Source: Candidatus Thorarchaeota archaeon
GTDB lineage: Archaea > Asgardarchaeota > Thorarchaeia > Thorarchaeales > Thorarchaeaceae
Direction: 5' to 3'
Assembly (NCBI GenBank): GCA_016933575.1
Contig: JAFGAR010000101.1
Location: 129,296 to 193,295 of the forward strand
Length of the DNA: 64,000 bases
Part shown: positions 9,056-19,800 of the stretch, piece after piece
Numbering within the stretch: the first letter of the stretch is position 1
How the letters are laid out: the number at the start of each line of letters is the position of its first letter
Position numbers and translations under genes: made by a program
The notes under the pieces: model-generated
The model's input: only the letters and a program-made list of their open reading frames with translations
Database searches by the model: none
Told to the model about the DNA's origin: nothing

Positions 9056-12000
9056 ATGAGAATAACGAGACTGATGGGTTTGCTTCTTATACTCCTCCCT
9101 CTACTTCTAGGTGTCTTCATCACCCCGCCTGTTTGGAGGGCTGGAACACAAGATTCTGCGGAAAGCAAGACCGTCGAACTCTCAAATGGAGAGAAGATTC
9201 AGATCGCTCCAGATGAGTATATCGAAGAGTATCATCTTTCTGATGCTCCCACACAGATGTCAGGAACTGGAGACTCACTCAGAGCCAATGAGTCTGGAGT
9301 TCGTGTAGACACTTTCACAGATGAACCACTTTACTATAATTCAGCAGGTTCTACAACCACTACAGCTAATCTATCTGTACCGATTGGAGAAGGCTGGGAG
9401 TCGTATGCTGTCTACACTGATGTGACGAGCATTACAGAAAACAGAACATGGGTTCAAAACTCTGGTCTTGATGACTCATCAAGTTGGACATTTCTATCTC
9501 ATGATGAACCTTCAGTCTTTGGTCCGTCTTATACAAACGCTATGACCTCTCAATGGGAAAATAATGGTCATGGCGCTGGAGATGGTTGCGCATATTTCTA
9601 CATGGATGGTTATTACTATGATTTAGGTGGAGGTCTTAGAGGTGACTGGTATGATGTTGGTGATAAAGCCTACATGGTTCAGGATCTTACAATTGATCGT
9701 GGTGATGTTTCTAAGATAGGAATCTCATTGGACTACTGGGGTGATGTTGCTTGGGGTATCATGACAGGTTTCTTCGAGTTGTTCGTTTCCATCGGAGATC
9801 CTGATAATGGCGGAACATATCTTTGGAACATGCCTTTTGATGCTTTCACAGATGATCTCACATGGTACTCAACTGGCTACATTGAAATCGATATCTCTTC
9901 TGTAACACTGCCCAATATCCCACTCTGGGTAGGTCTACGAACGACAGCTTTTGAGTGGTGGCGTCCTGACATCAATCCTGTTGGCCGAATGGACAATATT
10001 GTGGTGTATGTCACAGCTAAAGCTGCTCCATCAGATATCAATTTGCAGATGAATGGAGTAGATGTATCAGATGTCATTCAGGGTTCAAATCCAATTTTTG
10101 GTCTTGGCACAGCTTGGTACGTCCCAGTTGTTCCCTGGACTGAAGGTGCTGCCTATGCTAACTTTTCTTGGACTCCTATTCCTAATCCTCCTGATCCTGA
10201 CTTCAATATCAATATCGCACTAGATGTGGATGTGTATGTGTTTGCACGAAAAGTAAACAGCTTGACTGTAAATGACACAGAACTAATTACATTAGGTGAC
10301 AACTTTGTGGTCTCAAATGCGACTTCTGTTAGCTGGGAAACAAATTACTATCTCACAATACCTGGTGGATATGAAGACCAATTCTTCTTCAATTTATCAA
10401 TCCCGCTGAATCGGGATATCACATTTGTTTCTGAACCTGCTCATCGATATACAAACCTTACAAGTGATTGGTATTTTGGAAATCCTGGTGATGGGGTTGT
10501 TAACATTTCAGTATATGATATGGGACTTTCTGACCCTAACGGTTTCTGGATGATTCGTGGAACTTCACCAAATATGGTTACAAACTTGCAAGTCTGGGAT
10601 GACACTCTAAGTCAGTGGGTCCAAACAAAGACTTTCAGAGCAAACGAAGACACGCGATTTAGAGCAGTCCTACCATCATTCTATGAAGATGATGTAGTGA
10701 CATTTACCATTTATGATTCAAATGGTAACATTTGGGATACAGTAACAGGTACAGTTGATTCATCAGGTTTCGCAGTATCCACCTATGTAAATTTGGATGC
10801 TGTCACCGCTGAGGTTGGATCTTGGGAAGTTCAAGCATATGTGGGAGATAGCATCTCCAGTCCAGATGTCCATAACATTGGATTTTATCGAAGATCTTTC
10901 AGCATAGTCCATAGTACACAATTGAGTATCAAGTATCCTATTGCAAGCCGTATAACATGGAGTATCAATGTGACATATGGTTCAATAGTCTTCCTTCAAT
11001 TACGCGTGAATGATACTGATAATGGAGACCTCCTAGCTGGTGGAATGCTGACTTACACTGGGGGTCTTGGCAGCGGCACTGCAAATGATCTGGGTACAGG
11101 TGAATACAGTATCACATTGAGCACAACTCTACACACAAATGGCGCTTATAGTATGAATCTTGCTTGGTCAAAAGGCTACTATGATTCTCTCATCGATACC
11201 TTTACTGTAAATATCATTTATGAAACAGAATTCCTCTCTCCTGATGCCCCTGGAATTGATGTAGCTAGTGGGAACGATGCAGTCCTTCATGTTCATTTTG
11301 AAGACATGCTAAATCAACCAATTGATGGGGCTTCAATTGTATGTAACTGGTCACAGAGTTATGCAATAACACCTGAAGGCTCTGGAGATTATGTACTTAG
11401 TCTAGACACTTCTGGAATGACTCTCGATCTCTATCCGGTTCTCATAACTATATCAAAGGACTATTATCAGACTCGATCAATTATTCTTAGAGTTGAAGTA
11501 AGAGAATTGCGTGCTTCTGCGATACCATCTTCGAGCTTACTCTCACTTCCAGTTGGCTATACTACTTCATTCACGATAACATATACCGATACAGATCTTC
11601 AAGCTCCAATAACTGGTGCTGCAGGAATTATCAAGTGCAATTGGTCTGATATTCATTCGTCTGGAGATCAAAATTATACAGTGACCGAAACTACACCTGG
11701 AATCTATGAGGTTGTTATCTTCTCGATGGATGACGATGTTCTTGATTCTTACGATGTATTGTTCACAGTTGAGCGCTATGGCGCACAGAATCAATCGTTT
11801 GTTGTGACTGTTGAGTTACGAACCCATTTGACTTCTCTATACCTAGAGAATTCAGTGGAACCTACTGCATATACCGGAAATATCACTGTCAATCTCGTCT
11901 ATTATGATGTAGATGCTGATACGGGAATTGTTAATGGTACGACAAGTGGTGGTTATGTTGAGTTAATTATAACGAGTCCTACCCTTGTTTCTCCGACCTT

Positions 12001-15000
12001 CTATGTGTATTCAATATCGCCGGAAGGACTCTATGTAATCCATATTCCAGCCAATCAATGGGGAAATATTGGAACTAAGACTCTTAACATTGAAGTCAAC
12101 TGGATAGGAGTGAACCTGAAATATTCCAATCTAACTCTCTCAACCCCTGCCACGATTACCGATGCTCCAACGGATATCTTCATTGGAGAGAGCCCTGTCG
12201 TAACAGCTTTTGGTGAGAATATCACATTCACAATAATATACTATGACATTAGTGCACTTACAGGCGTTGTTAATGGAACAGGTCCGTTCTCAGGAAATGT
12301 TCACATCTATATTGATGTCTTAACAGCTGGGGAAACAATTACACAAGCTGATATGACTATCACTGAAATTGATTTTGTAACAAATCCCGGTGAATATAGA
12401 ATTACATTCAATTCCACACTGCTTAGTGGACTAGGTACAGTACAACTAAGACTCTGGTTCAATTGGACTGATGCGGCACTACCTTACTATCAGAATCAAG
12501 TGATAGTGATTGCTGTCATCACTTCACATCGCTTAACAACTGTTGATCGGAATCCACTCCCTCTGACCCCATTTGATGAAATGGTAAATCTCACATTCAC
12601 ATATCGTGATTCGCTCAGTGGTTTAGCGATTCTAAACAGTTCTCAACTCTCGGTCAGTGTACCAGGTTACCCGTCTTTCAACATCTACTATCTTGGTGAT
12701 ATCTCAGGTATCTTTGTTGTAGAAATTAATACCTCTGTATTTATTGTCGGTAGCCATTCATTCTACCTAGACATTGTCTGGGTCGGTGCCCCTTATTATC
12801 AAAACAGGACAAATGTGCAGATTTTCATTACAGTGAGAGAGCGCTACACTGATTTGACCCATGGTACCTATTCGCCTATCCAAATTGGCAATACACTCAA
12901 TTTGAACTTCACTTACCGCGACCTAGATGATTACACATCTATCGGAATGGATGGCGCAACTCTTTCCTTGGATGGATGGTTAACTGGTAGTTATTCTGTT
13001 GAAAATATTGGAAATGGCATATACACCCTACATCTTGACACGACCGCATTCAGTAATACAGGAACATTCTTAGTAAATGTCACAATTATCTACGGTGGAT
13101 CACGTAATTGCGCTGATGCATCAGATGTATTCTATCTAACACTTACTGTCCGACGTACACAGCTCACAAGTGACCTACCTGAATTGGCTCCCTTCCTAAC
13201 AAATGCTACTATCGTGGTTTATTATACTGATGATACGACTGATGCTGGAATTTCCGGTGCCGCTGCGAATGCATCTTGTTCAGCAGCCATTGATCCACTG
13301 CAATATGGTGTAAATTATTGGGTCATAGATAATATGGATGGTAGCTATACTATTATTATTGATACTGCAGCGTTAGGCAATTTTGGACCCTATACAATCG
13401 CAATAACAGTGACATGGAACTCCGGTTGGCCTTTCTATCAACAGCGTGTTCGCAATGTTAACATCGAAGTTTCTCGCCGACCAGTTTCACTTACCGTTTC
13501 AAAGTCTCCATTGAATACTCCATTCCTATCTAATGCTACCTTTGAAATCACTGTGACAGATCAACTAGATAGTTTTGGAATCACCTTGGTAAAGAATAAT
13601 CTAATTCTTACTCATGGTATCGGAGGTACACTCATCACAAATAATCAATACTCCATAATAGGATCCAATGGTGTCTATACGATTTCTATCAATTCTCAGA
13701 TACTCACTAGCATTCTAGAAAATGAACATCCTATATTCATTCTATTTGTTTGGGGTGATGCAATCCCATATTATTCGAATGCATCTTCTACCACTGAAGT
13801 ATCTATAATTACAAGATACACTCAAGCTGTTGTTTTGCAGACTCCACCAGGTTATTACTACTTCAACATGAGTGCTCTATTGCGATATAATGACTACTTG
13901 ACGGGTACAGGAATTATAGATGCAACTGTCACAATATCATGCTTGAACACAACTAGTTTCGATTATTGGTTCATAGATAATAGTGATGGAACTTATACTG
14001 TTCTTATCGATACAAACACTCTATCTGGATTGGGGCGTTACTATTTCCGTGCTAATTTTACATATTTTGGAACTCCATACTATAGGAATGTCACTAATGT
14101 TCAATTCAATCTTGTAGTTAATCCAGTTTCTACAACTCTAAGCTTTACATTACCTCAAGGAGTTACCTATTACCTTGGAGATATGGTCTATGCCAACATC
14201 TCTTACTTCTCTATTGAGTTTGGAACTGGGATTGAAAGCGCAACAATCAGTACTGATTGGGACACACTCTATGGTACTAGTAGCACCATCAGCGTTCTAG
14301 CGCCTGGAATTTATCAAATAGCTATAAACACATCTGGTTTGAATGCTCAGCAGTACCAGTTCACTGTGAATGCAAGTAAGTACCTTCACCTAAGCAAATC
14401 CATTCAAGCAGAAATCCTAATAGCTGCAATTCCAGTCGAGATTGAACTTGTGTTTACACCTCAGAATCCAATGTGGGGTGATTCAGTTCAGTTCCAAGCT
14501 AATATCACAGATGCAAGAACGGGTTTCCCAGTAATTGGAGCTTATGTTAATTTCACTCTGGAATTTACGACATTAGTCATGTCTTCTGTTGCGGATGGTC
14601 TTTACAATTGTACATTAGATACATCAACATTGACATCTGGTGAATTCAATATCAGAATACAATCCACCTTACTCAACTACGAGACAAGACAGAAGGATTT
14701 CCAGATACGGATTGAGAAAGTAGCGTCTAAGATTCTTGCTTCGATTGACCCTCAATCTGCGGTCGATGGTCAGATTGTAACTCTCGAGGTTGATTATCTA
14801 ATATATTCCTCAAGTCTGTCTATTTCCACAGGTACTGTGACCTTCTCCTGGATTGGAGGTTCTGGTTCAATAAGTTGGTCCATTATCGATGGCAAATATG
14901 TTGGCACTTTTATCGTTACTGGAGCAGATGTTGGTAGCTACCAGATTCTTGTGCAAGCCTCATCTCCAAACTATAAGAGTGTGAGCTATCTTGTGACTAT

Positions 15001-16885
15001 AGAGATTACCGAGATTCAGACGGAGCTTGTTCCTATTTCTGAATCTATTGTTTCAGTGAACTACAGGGACATTGCAATAATTACTGTGTACCTCAATAAC
15101 ACTGATCTTAATCAACCAGTGACTGGAGCGTCCATGAGTTTCGGAGTTGGAACAATTGTTGGTGATCTAATTGAGTTACCAACTCCTGGTTACTATAATG
15201 CCTTGGTAAATACAAGTGAATTAAGTGTGCAAGAATGGACTGTGTCAATATCCAGTGACAAACTCGGATATACTCCAGCTTCAATACAATTCACACTTGA
15301 TGTACAAGAGATTGAAACTGAGATTGTCATATTGACCTCCGGAACAGTATCCGGGTATTATGGACAAATCGTCACTTTCTACTTCCTCTTCAACGATACT
15401 CATGCCAATCTCTCTATCCCTGGAGCAATCACTAACTATACTCTTGAAACTCTGAGGGGATCTCTTGTTGATCATGGCAATGGAACATATAGTCTGACTC
15501 TAAATACAACAGTTGTGGTTGCAGGTACTGTGCCTCATGACATCACAGTTTCTTTCAGAAAAGACAACTATGAATATTCATCTGGTCTTGTAAAATTGCT
15601 TGTCCTTCCAATTCCAACATCTATCATAGGTCCTGTTGAAGCAACATTTCCAGTGTATGATAACTATTCAATGCTATTCAGCTTCAGAGATACTTTGAAT
15701 GATGAGTGGATTACTGACGGAACTGCAACTGTAGTATGGGAATTTGGTACTGCATTATTGACAAATCTCAATAATGGATCTTATATGTTCGGGCCAGCTG
15801 AGGCTAATTTAACCAATTCTCTCCAAGATCGTTTGAATCCATATAGAGTCAGAATATCAATCTCAAGGACTAATTATTCTAGAACAGACATTGAAGTCTT
15901 TCTTACGATACGCGAAATCAGCACCCAAGTTATTCATATAGATCCTATAACACCAATCTATGTAGGAAGTCTATTTTACGTAAATGTAACATTCTACGAT
16001 ACTGATCATAATCTTGTGATATTGAATCCAGTCATCACTTTTACTTCAGACAGTGCAATCGATGATGGTCTCGCCAGAGAAACCAGCCTCGATATTGATT
16101 GGGGCAATGGAACCTATTCTATAGCGTTCAGGGCTCCAAATCTTGCATTCTACACACTGGAAATAGCTTTCACCAAGACTGACTATGTACTCGGTTCTAT
16201 TAGCCTTGACATTTATGCTAAACTGAGTCCTGAACAAGAGGCTTTGGTCAGTACTTTCCAATATAGTACAATTGGAATTCTGGCAATTGCTGCTCTGGCT
16301 GCACTCTATTTCAGAGTACTATCAGTGCCAAGGCTCCTTAGAATCTTACGTCGAATGGTTTCAAGCTTAGGCAGAGGTGTAATACCAAAACCAGCCAATG
16401 TTCCTATTAGACGTCAAATGATTCTATCAATGATGAATGAGGACCTTGCATCAATTTCTCTTGTGAAAACTATGGACGACATCTCCATATCTACGGTTGA
16501 TGTTGCGGCGATGGATGTTGAGAGTCTATTAGATGAACTAGCTTTTGTAGTTGGTCTTACTGAGAGTGACGTAGATACACTCAGAAGAGACCTGGATCAG
16601 ATGCGCCCCAGTGAGCGGGCTGGGTTCATCAATGAAGTTCTGAAGCAAGAGAGGGCTCGTCGAGCCAAAGAACTGGCTGAAGCTGATCTTGCGACCAAAG
16701 AGGGCGTTCCAAGCGAAGCCGTTGAAGAGCGGTTAAGCGAAGATGAACTACTGCATCTAAAGGAGCGTTTGATGAAGATGGGTATCGAGGAAACTGAAGC
16801 TGACCTGATGGTTGAGCAAGCTAAGAATTTGACAAAAGCAGAGATAGATGCTCTGCTTGATGAGATAGGAGGGATGGAAGAATGA
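9056..16885 (+). CDS. Giant (2609 aa) single-pass surface glycoprotein/adhesin-like protein with tandem Ig-like repeats and helical cytoplasmic tail
   Basis: GGAG RBS, signal peptide, ~100-aa beta-rich repeats (YxD...GIxGA...GxYxIxIxT), many sequons, TM IGILAIAALAALYF, ~190-aa charged tail. Confidence 0.85.
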   Translation: MRITRLMGLLLILLPLLLGVFITPPVWRAGTQDSAESKTVELSNGEKIQIAPDEYIEEYHLSDAPTQMSGTGDSLRANESGVRVDTFTDEPLYYNSAGSTTTTANLSVPIGEGWESYAVYTDVTSITENRTWVQNSGLDDSSSWTFLSHDEPSVFGPSYTNAMTSQWENNGHGAGDGCAYFYMDGYYYDLGGGLRGDWYDVGDKAYMVQDLTIDRGDVSKIGISLDYWGDVAWGIMTGFFELFVSIGDPDNGGTYLWNMPFDAFTDDLTWYSTGYIEIDISSVTLPNIPLWVGLRTTAFEWWRPDINPVGRMDNIVVYVTAKAAPSDINLQMNGVDVSDVIQGSNPIFGLGTAWYVPVVPWTEGAAYANFSWTPIPNPPDPDFNINIALDVDVYVFARKVNSLTVNDTELITLGDNFVVSNATSVSWETNYYLTIPGGYEDQFFFNLSIPLNRDITFVSEPAHRYTNLTSDWYFGNPGDGVVNISVYDMGLSDPNGFWMIRGTSPNMVTNLQVWDDTLSQWVQTKTFRANEDTRFRAVLPSFYEDDVVTFTIYDSNGNIWDTVTGTVDSSGFAVSTYVNLDAVTAEVGSWEVQAYVGDSISSPDVHNIGFYRRSFSIVHSTQLSIKYPIASRITWSINVTYGSIVFLQLRVNDTDNGDLLAGGMLTYTGGLGSGTANDLGTGEYSITLSTTLHTNGAYSMNLAWSKGYYDSLIDTFTVNIIYETEFLSPDAPGIDVASGNDAVLHVHFEDMLNQPIDGASIVCNWSQSYAITPEGSGDYVLSLDTSGMTLDLYPVLITISKDYYQTRSIILRVEVRELRASAIPSSSLLSLPVGYTTSFTITYTDTDLQAPITGAAGIIKCNWSDIHSSGDQNYTVTETTPGIYEVVIFSMDDDVLDSYDVLFTVERYGAQNQSFVVTVELRTHLTSLYLENSVEPTAYTGNITVNLVYYDVDADTGIVNGTTSGGYVELIITSPTLVSPTFYVYSISPEGLYVIHIPANQWGNIGTKTLNIEVNWIGVNLKYSNLTLSTPATITDAPTDIFIGESPVVTAFGENITFTIIYYDISALTGVVNGTGPFSGNVHIYIDVLTAGETITQADMTITEIDFVTNPGEYRITFNSTLLSGLGTVQLRLWFNWTDAALPYYQNQVIVIAVITSHRLTTVDRNPLPLTPFDEMVNLTFTYRDSLSGLAILNSSQLSVSVPGYPSFNIYYLGDISGIFVVEINTSVFIVGSHSFYLDIVWVGAPYYQNRTNVQIFITVRERYTDLTHGTYSPIQIGNTLNLNFTYRDLDDYTSIGMDGATLSLDGWLTGSYSVENIGNGIYTLHLDTTAFSNTGTFLVNVTIIYGGSRNCADASDVFYLTLTVRRTQLTSDLPELAPFLTNATIVVYYTDDTTDAGISGAAANASCSAAIDPLQYGVNYWVIDNMDGSYTIIIDTAALGNFGPYTIAITVTWNSGWPFYQQRVRNVNIEVSRRPVSLTVSKSPLNTPFLSNATFEITVTDQLDSFGITLVKNNLILTHGIGGTLITNNQYSIIGSNGVYTISINSQILTSILENEHPIFILFVWGDAIPYYSNASSTTEVSIITRYTQAVVLQTPPGYYYFNMSALLRYNDYLTGTGIIDATVTISCLNTTSFDYWFIDNSDGTYTVLIDTNTLSGLGRYYFRANFTYFGTPYYRNVTNVQFNLVVNPVSTTLSFTLPQGVTYYLGDMVYANISYFSIEFGTGIESATISTDWDTLYGTSSTISVLAPGIYQIAINTSGLNAQQYQFTVNASKYLHLSKSIQAEILIAAIPVEIELVFTPQNPMWGDSVQFQANITDARTGFPVIGAYVNFTLEFTTLVMSSVADGLYNCTLDTSTLTSGEFNIRIQSTLLNYETRQKDFQIRIEKVASKILASIDPQSAVDGQIVTLEVDYLIYSSSLSISTGTVTFSWIGGSGSISWSIIDGKYVGTFIVTGADVGSYQILVQASSPNYKSVSYLVTIEITEIQTELVPISESIVSVNYRDIAIITVYLNNTDLNQPVTGASMSFGVGTIVGDLIELPTPGYYNALVNTSELSVQEWTVSISSDKLGYTPASIQFTLDVQEIETEIVILTSGTVSGYYGQIVTFYFLFNDTHANLSIPGAITNYTLETLRGSLVDHGNGTYSLTLNTTVVVAGTVPHDITVSFRKDNYEYSSGLVKLLVLPIPTSIIGPVEATFPVYDNYSMLFSFRDTLNDEWITDGTATVVWEFGTALLTNLNNGSYMFGPAEANLTNSLQDRLNPYRVRISISRTNYSRTDIEVFLTIREISTQVIHIDPITPIYVGSLFYVNVTFYDTDHNLVILNPVITFTSDSAIDDGLARETSLDIDWGNGTYSIAFRAPNLAFYTLEIAFTKTDYVLGSISLDIYAKLSPEQEALVSTFQYSTIGILAIAALAALYFRVLSVPRLLRILRRMVSSLGRGVIPKPANVPIRRQMILSMMNEDLASISLVKTMDDISISTVDVAAMDVESLLDELAFVVGLTESDVDTLRRDLDQMRPSERAGFINEVLKQERARRAKELAEADLATKEGVPSEAVEERLSEDELLHLKERLMKMGIEETEADLMVEQAKNLTKAEIDALLDEIGGMEE

Positions 16886-19800
16886 AAACTACACACAGAC
16901 TCATCCCCATTATGTTCGTTATTGTAATGATGGTAGCACCGGTATTTCTCACCCATAATCCATCAATGGGAATGACTACAGGCCAAGATACAACCAGTGA
17001 TTTAGGAACTCGTGAAGTTGATATTGGAAATGGTGAGATGATTGAACTTGCTCCTAACGAGATTCTCCACACGTATGTACTCACCGAACAAGGGTGGGTA
17101 GAATGGAGTAGTACCAGTGATCCACTTATTGGTTCTGAATATGGAAACAGCATTAATATTTTCAATAATCGACAGATGAAATACATACCCGGTAGTGCCA
17201 CAACCTCAGTTCAAACAGGTATCTCAATTGGCACGGGTTGGGAAGCTTATGAAGCACGAGTGGCAATTAGTAGTCTTACTGAGAATAGAACATGGATTAC
17301 TAATCCTGGATTTGAAGGAGGCTACACAGGTTGGACTCGAGTGGCTACTTCTAATGCAGGATACAGTACTGTTAGCGCAAGTTGGATCGATGATGGTCAT
17401 GGAACAGGTAACGATTGTGTTGAAGTCGATATAAACTCAGATAGCACAAGTGAGCCATTCTATTATGACCAAGGTGATGATGCATGGTATCAGCAGGTTG
17501 CAACTGTAAATCGTGGTACTGTGGTTTGGGCTGCTCTTAGAATGAATTTCTGGGCCGATACTGTGGACGACACTCACTATGGTATGACCGGTTCATTCAG
17601 GTTATATGCAAATATCGAAGGAACTGATATCTGGCGAAGAGTCTTTTCCGATATTGGTGCTGAAGAAACTTGGTATGACACTGGTCTACTCACGGTAAAT
17701 CCATCAGTCTTTGGGCTACCCGGCGATACGAGCATAACCACAAGAATAGGTATGTTGTCACTAGCTACTGTTGGATATGCACCAAATATCCATCCTAAAG
17801 CCAGATTCGACAACATTGTACTCTATATGAAGACTCTAGTCAATCCTAGTGAAATCAATCTTCAGATGAATGGACTTAGTATCAGCAATAGTGGAACAAG
17901 AGGCATTTGTTCAATTACTCAAACACCTGGTACTCCTTGGACAACATCTCCAGTTACACTCACATTCACGTGGACTCCAGTACCAACAACGCCAAATCCC
18001 AATAGCGAGATAAGAATTGACTTTAACATTAATGTGAATATGTTCGCTAGGCATTACGATCTTGATAGTCTCTATGAAATTAGTCCAACATCTTTCGGAG
18101 AACGATTTACTATCCAAAATGGCACTAATGCTGAATTCACATCTTACTTTAGAGCCAATATTCCCACAGGATATGCAAATCGGTACTTCTTCAATGAGAC
18201 AATTCCAATAGATCGTGACGTTTACTTTGTAGCTCAACCATTAGCACCAACCACCAATCTTACCTCTGGATGGAATGGAGGGGACCCTGGCGATGGCTTC
18301 CTAAATGTATCAACATACTTGATTACAACCGAACCCGGAAGGTATGGATATTGGAGAATCTTGAGTAGGTCTCCAAATATGATATCAGATGTGCAGCTTT
18401 GGGATCCAAACTCAAGTATGTGGACTCGCGATGCTGATTTACGTGCTGGTGATATCAGCCGAGTATTGGTGAATGTTGGTTCACAATATGCTGGCTCTTT
18501 AGTAAACATCACTCTATACAAACCGGATGGTTCTGTTTGGCAAACATTCAGTACTACTGTGAACTCGACTGGATATGCAACAACGAGTAGCTTCACACTC
18601 TCAGGCGCAACAGCACCTGCAGGTAGTTGGATGGTACAAGCTACGACTAGTAATGTAGGTGCAGGAGGAGAATGGACATCTGTGGGTCTATTCAAGAGAC
18701 CATTTACAATAACTCATGAATCCACTATCAATCTACAATATCCTACAGACGCCATTGGGACTATGATAACCAATGTTACCTATGGTGATCTACTCCTGAT
18801 TATTCTGGAAGTAGAAGATATTGACAGCTCTGTATTGGTACCGGGTGGTACCCTTACTCTGGATTGGTCTTTTGGAATTGATACTTTTGATGATAATGGA
18901 AATGGTCAGTATACTAAAGTCATAGACACATCTGAACTACCCGGAAAAGGTCAATATACAATGGATTTGGATTGGGTGCACCCAAGTTTTGATCCATCCA
19001 ACACTGCTCTCACAATCAACATTAATTATGCAGCGACTCTGACATCGCCTGACTATCCAGGAATTTCAGGTCCTGTGGGTGATGACCAATCATTCACTAC
19101 TCGATTTGCTAATGTGAATGGCACCGGGATCACCACTGCCAATCTATGGTGTAATTGGTCGAATCCGTATACTGTTGTTCCTCTTGGTTTGGGTAATTAT
19201 GAATTCCAACTAGACATGACTGGTATACCAATTGGAGAATATCCAATTGAGGTACACGCAACAGGACCATTTGTTGAACCTCAATCCATGTTGATGTATG
19301 TTGAAGCAAGAGAAATCTATAACTCAATCTCTTACACCTCAAGCCAACTCTCTATACCCTTGGGTGAAGCAGCATCATTCGTCTTGACTTGGACTGATAC
19401 TGATCACAATGTCCTCATCTCTGGCTCAGCTTCATCTATATCATGCAACTGGACCCCATTCCACTCATCTGGAGACACAAATTATACTGTTGTTGAGATA
19501 TCTCCTGGTAAATATAACATTACCATCTTTACCAAGAATACAGATCCATTGACAGGAACAGATCTCATCACTGTTAGATTCAACGTGTTCAAGACGAATT
19601 ACAGAAGTCACATATTTGACATCGGTGTTGCGATACGAAAGAGGAACACGCTCTTTGTTCTCGATGCTCCGATAAGTCAGACTCCATTTGGAAGCACTAT
19701 CACTGTTTTGGTATTCTACCAAGATACTGATTTACGTGTAGGTATTGGTAATGCTACTAATGAAGTAAAAATCACAATAACATCAACAGAGATTGGAACA

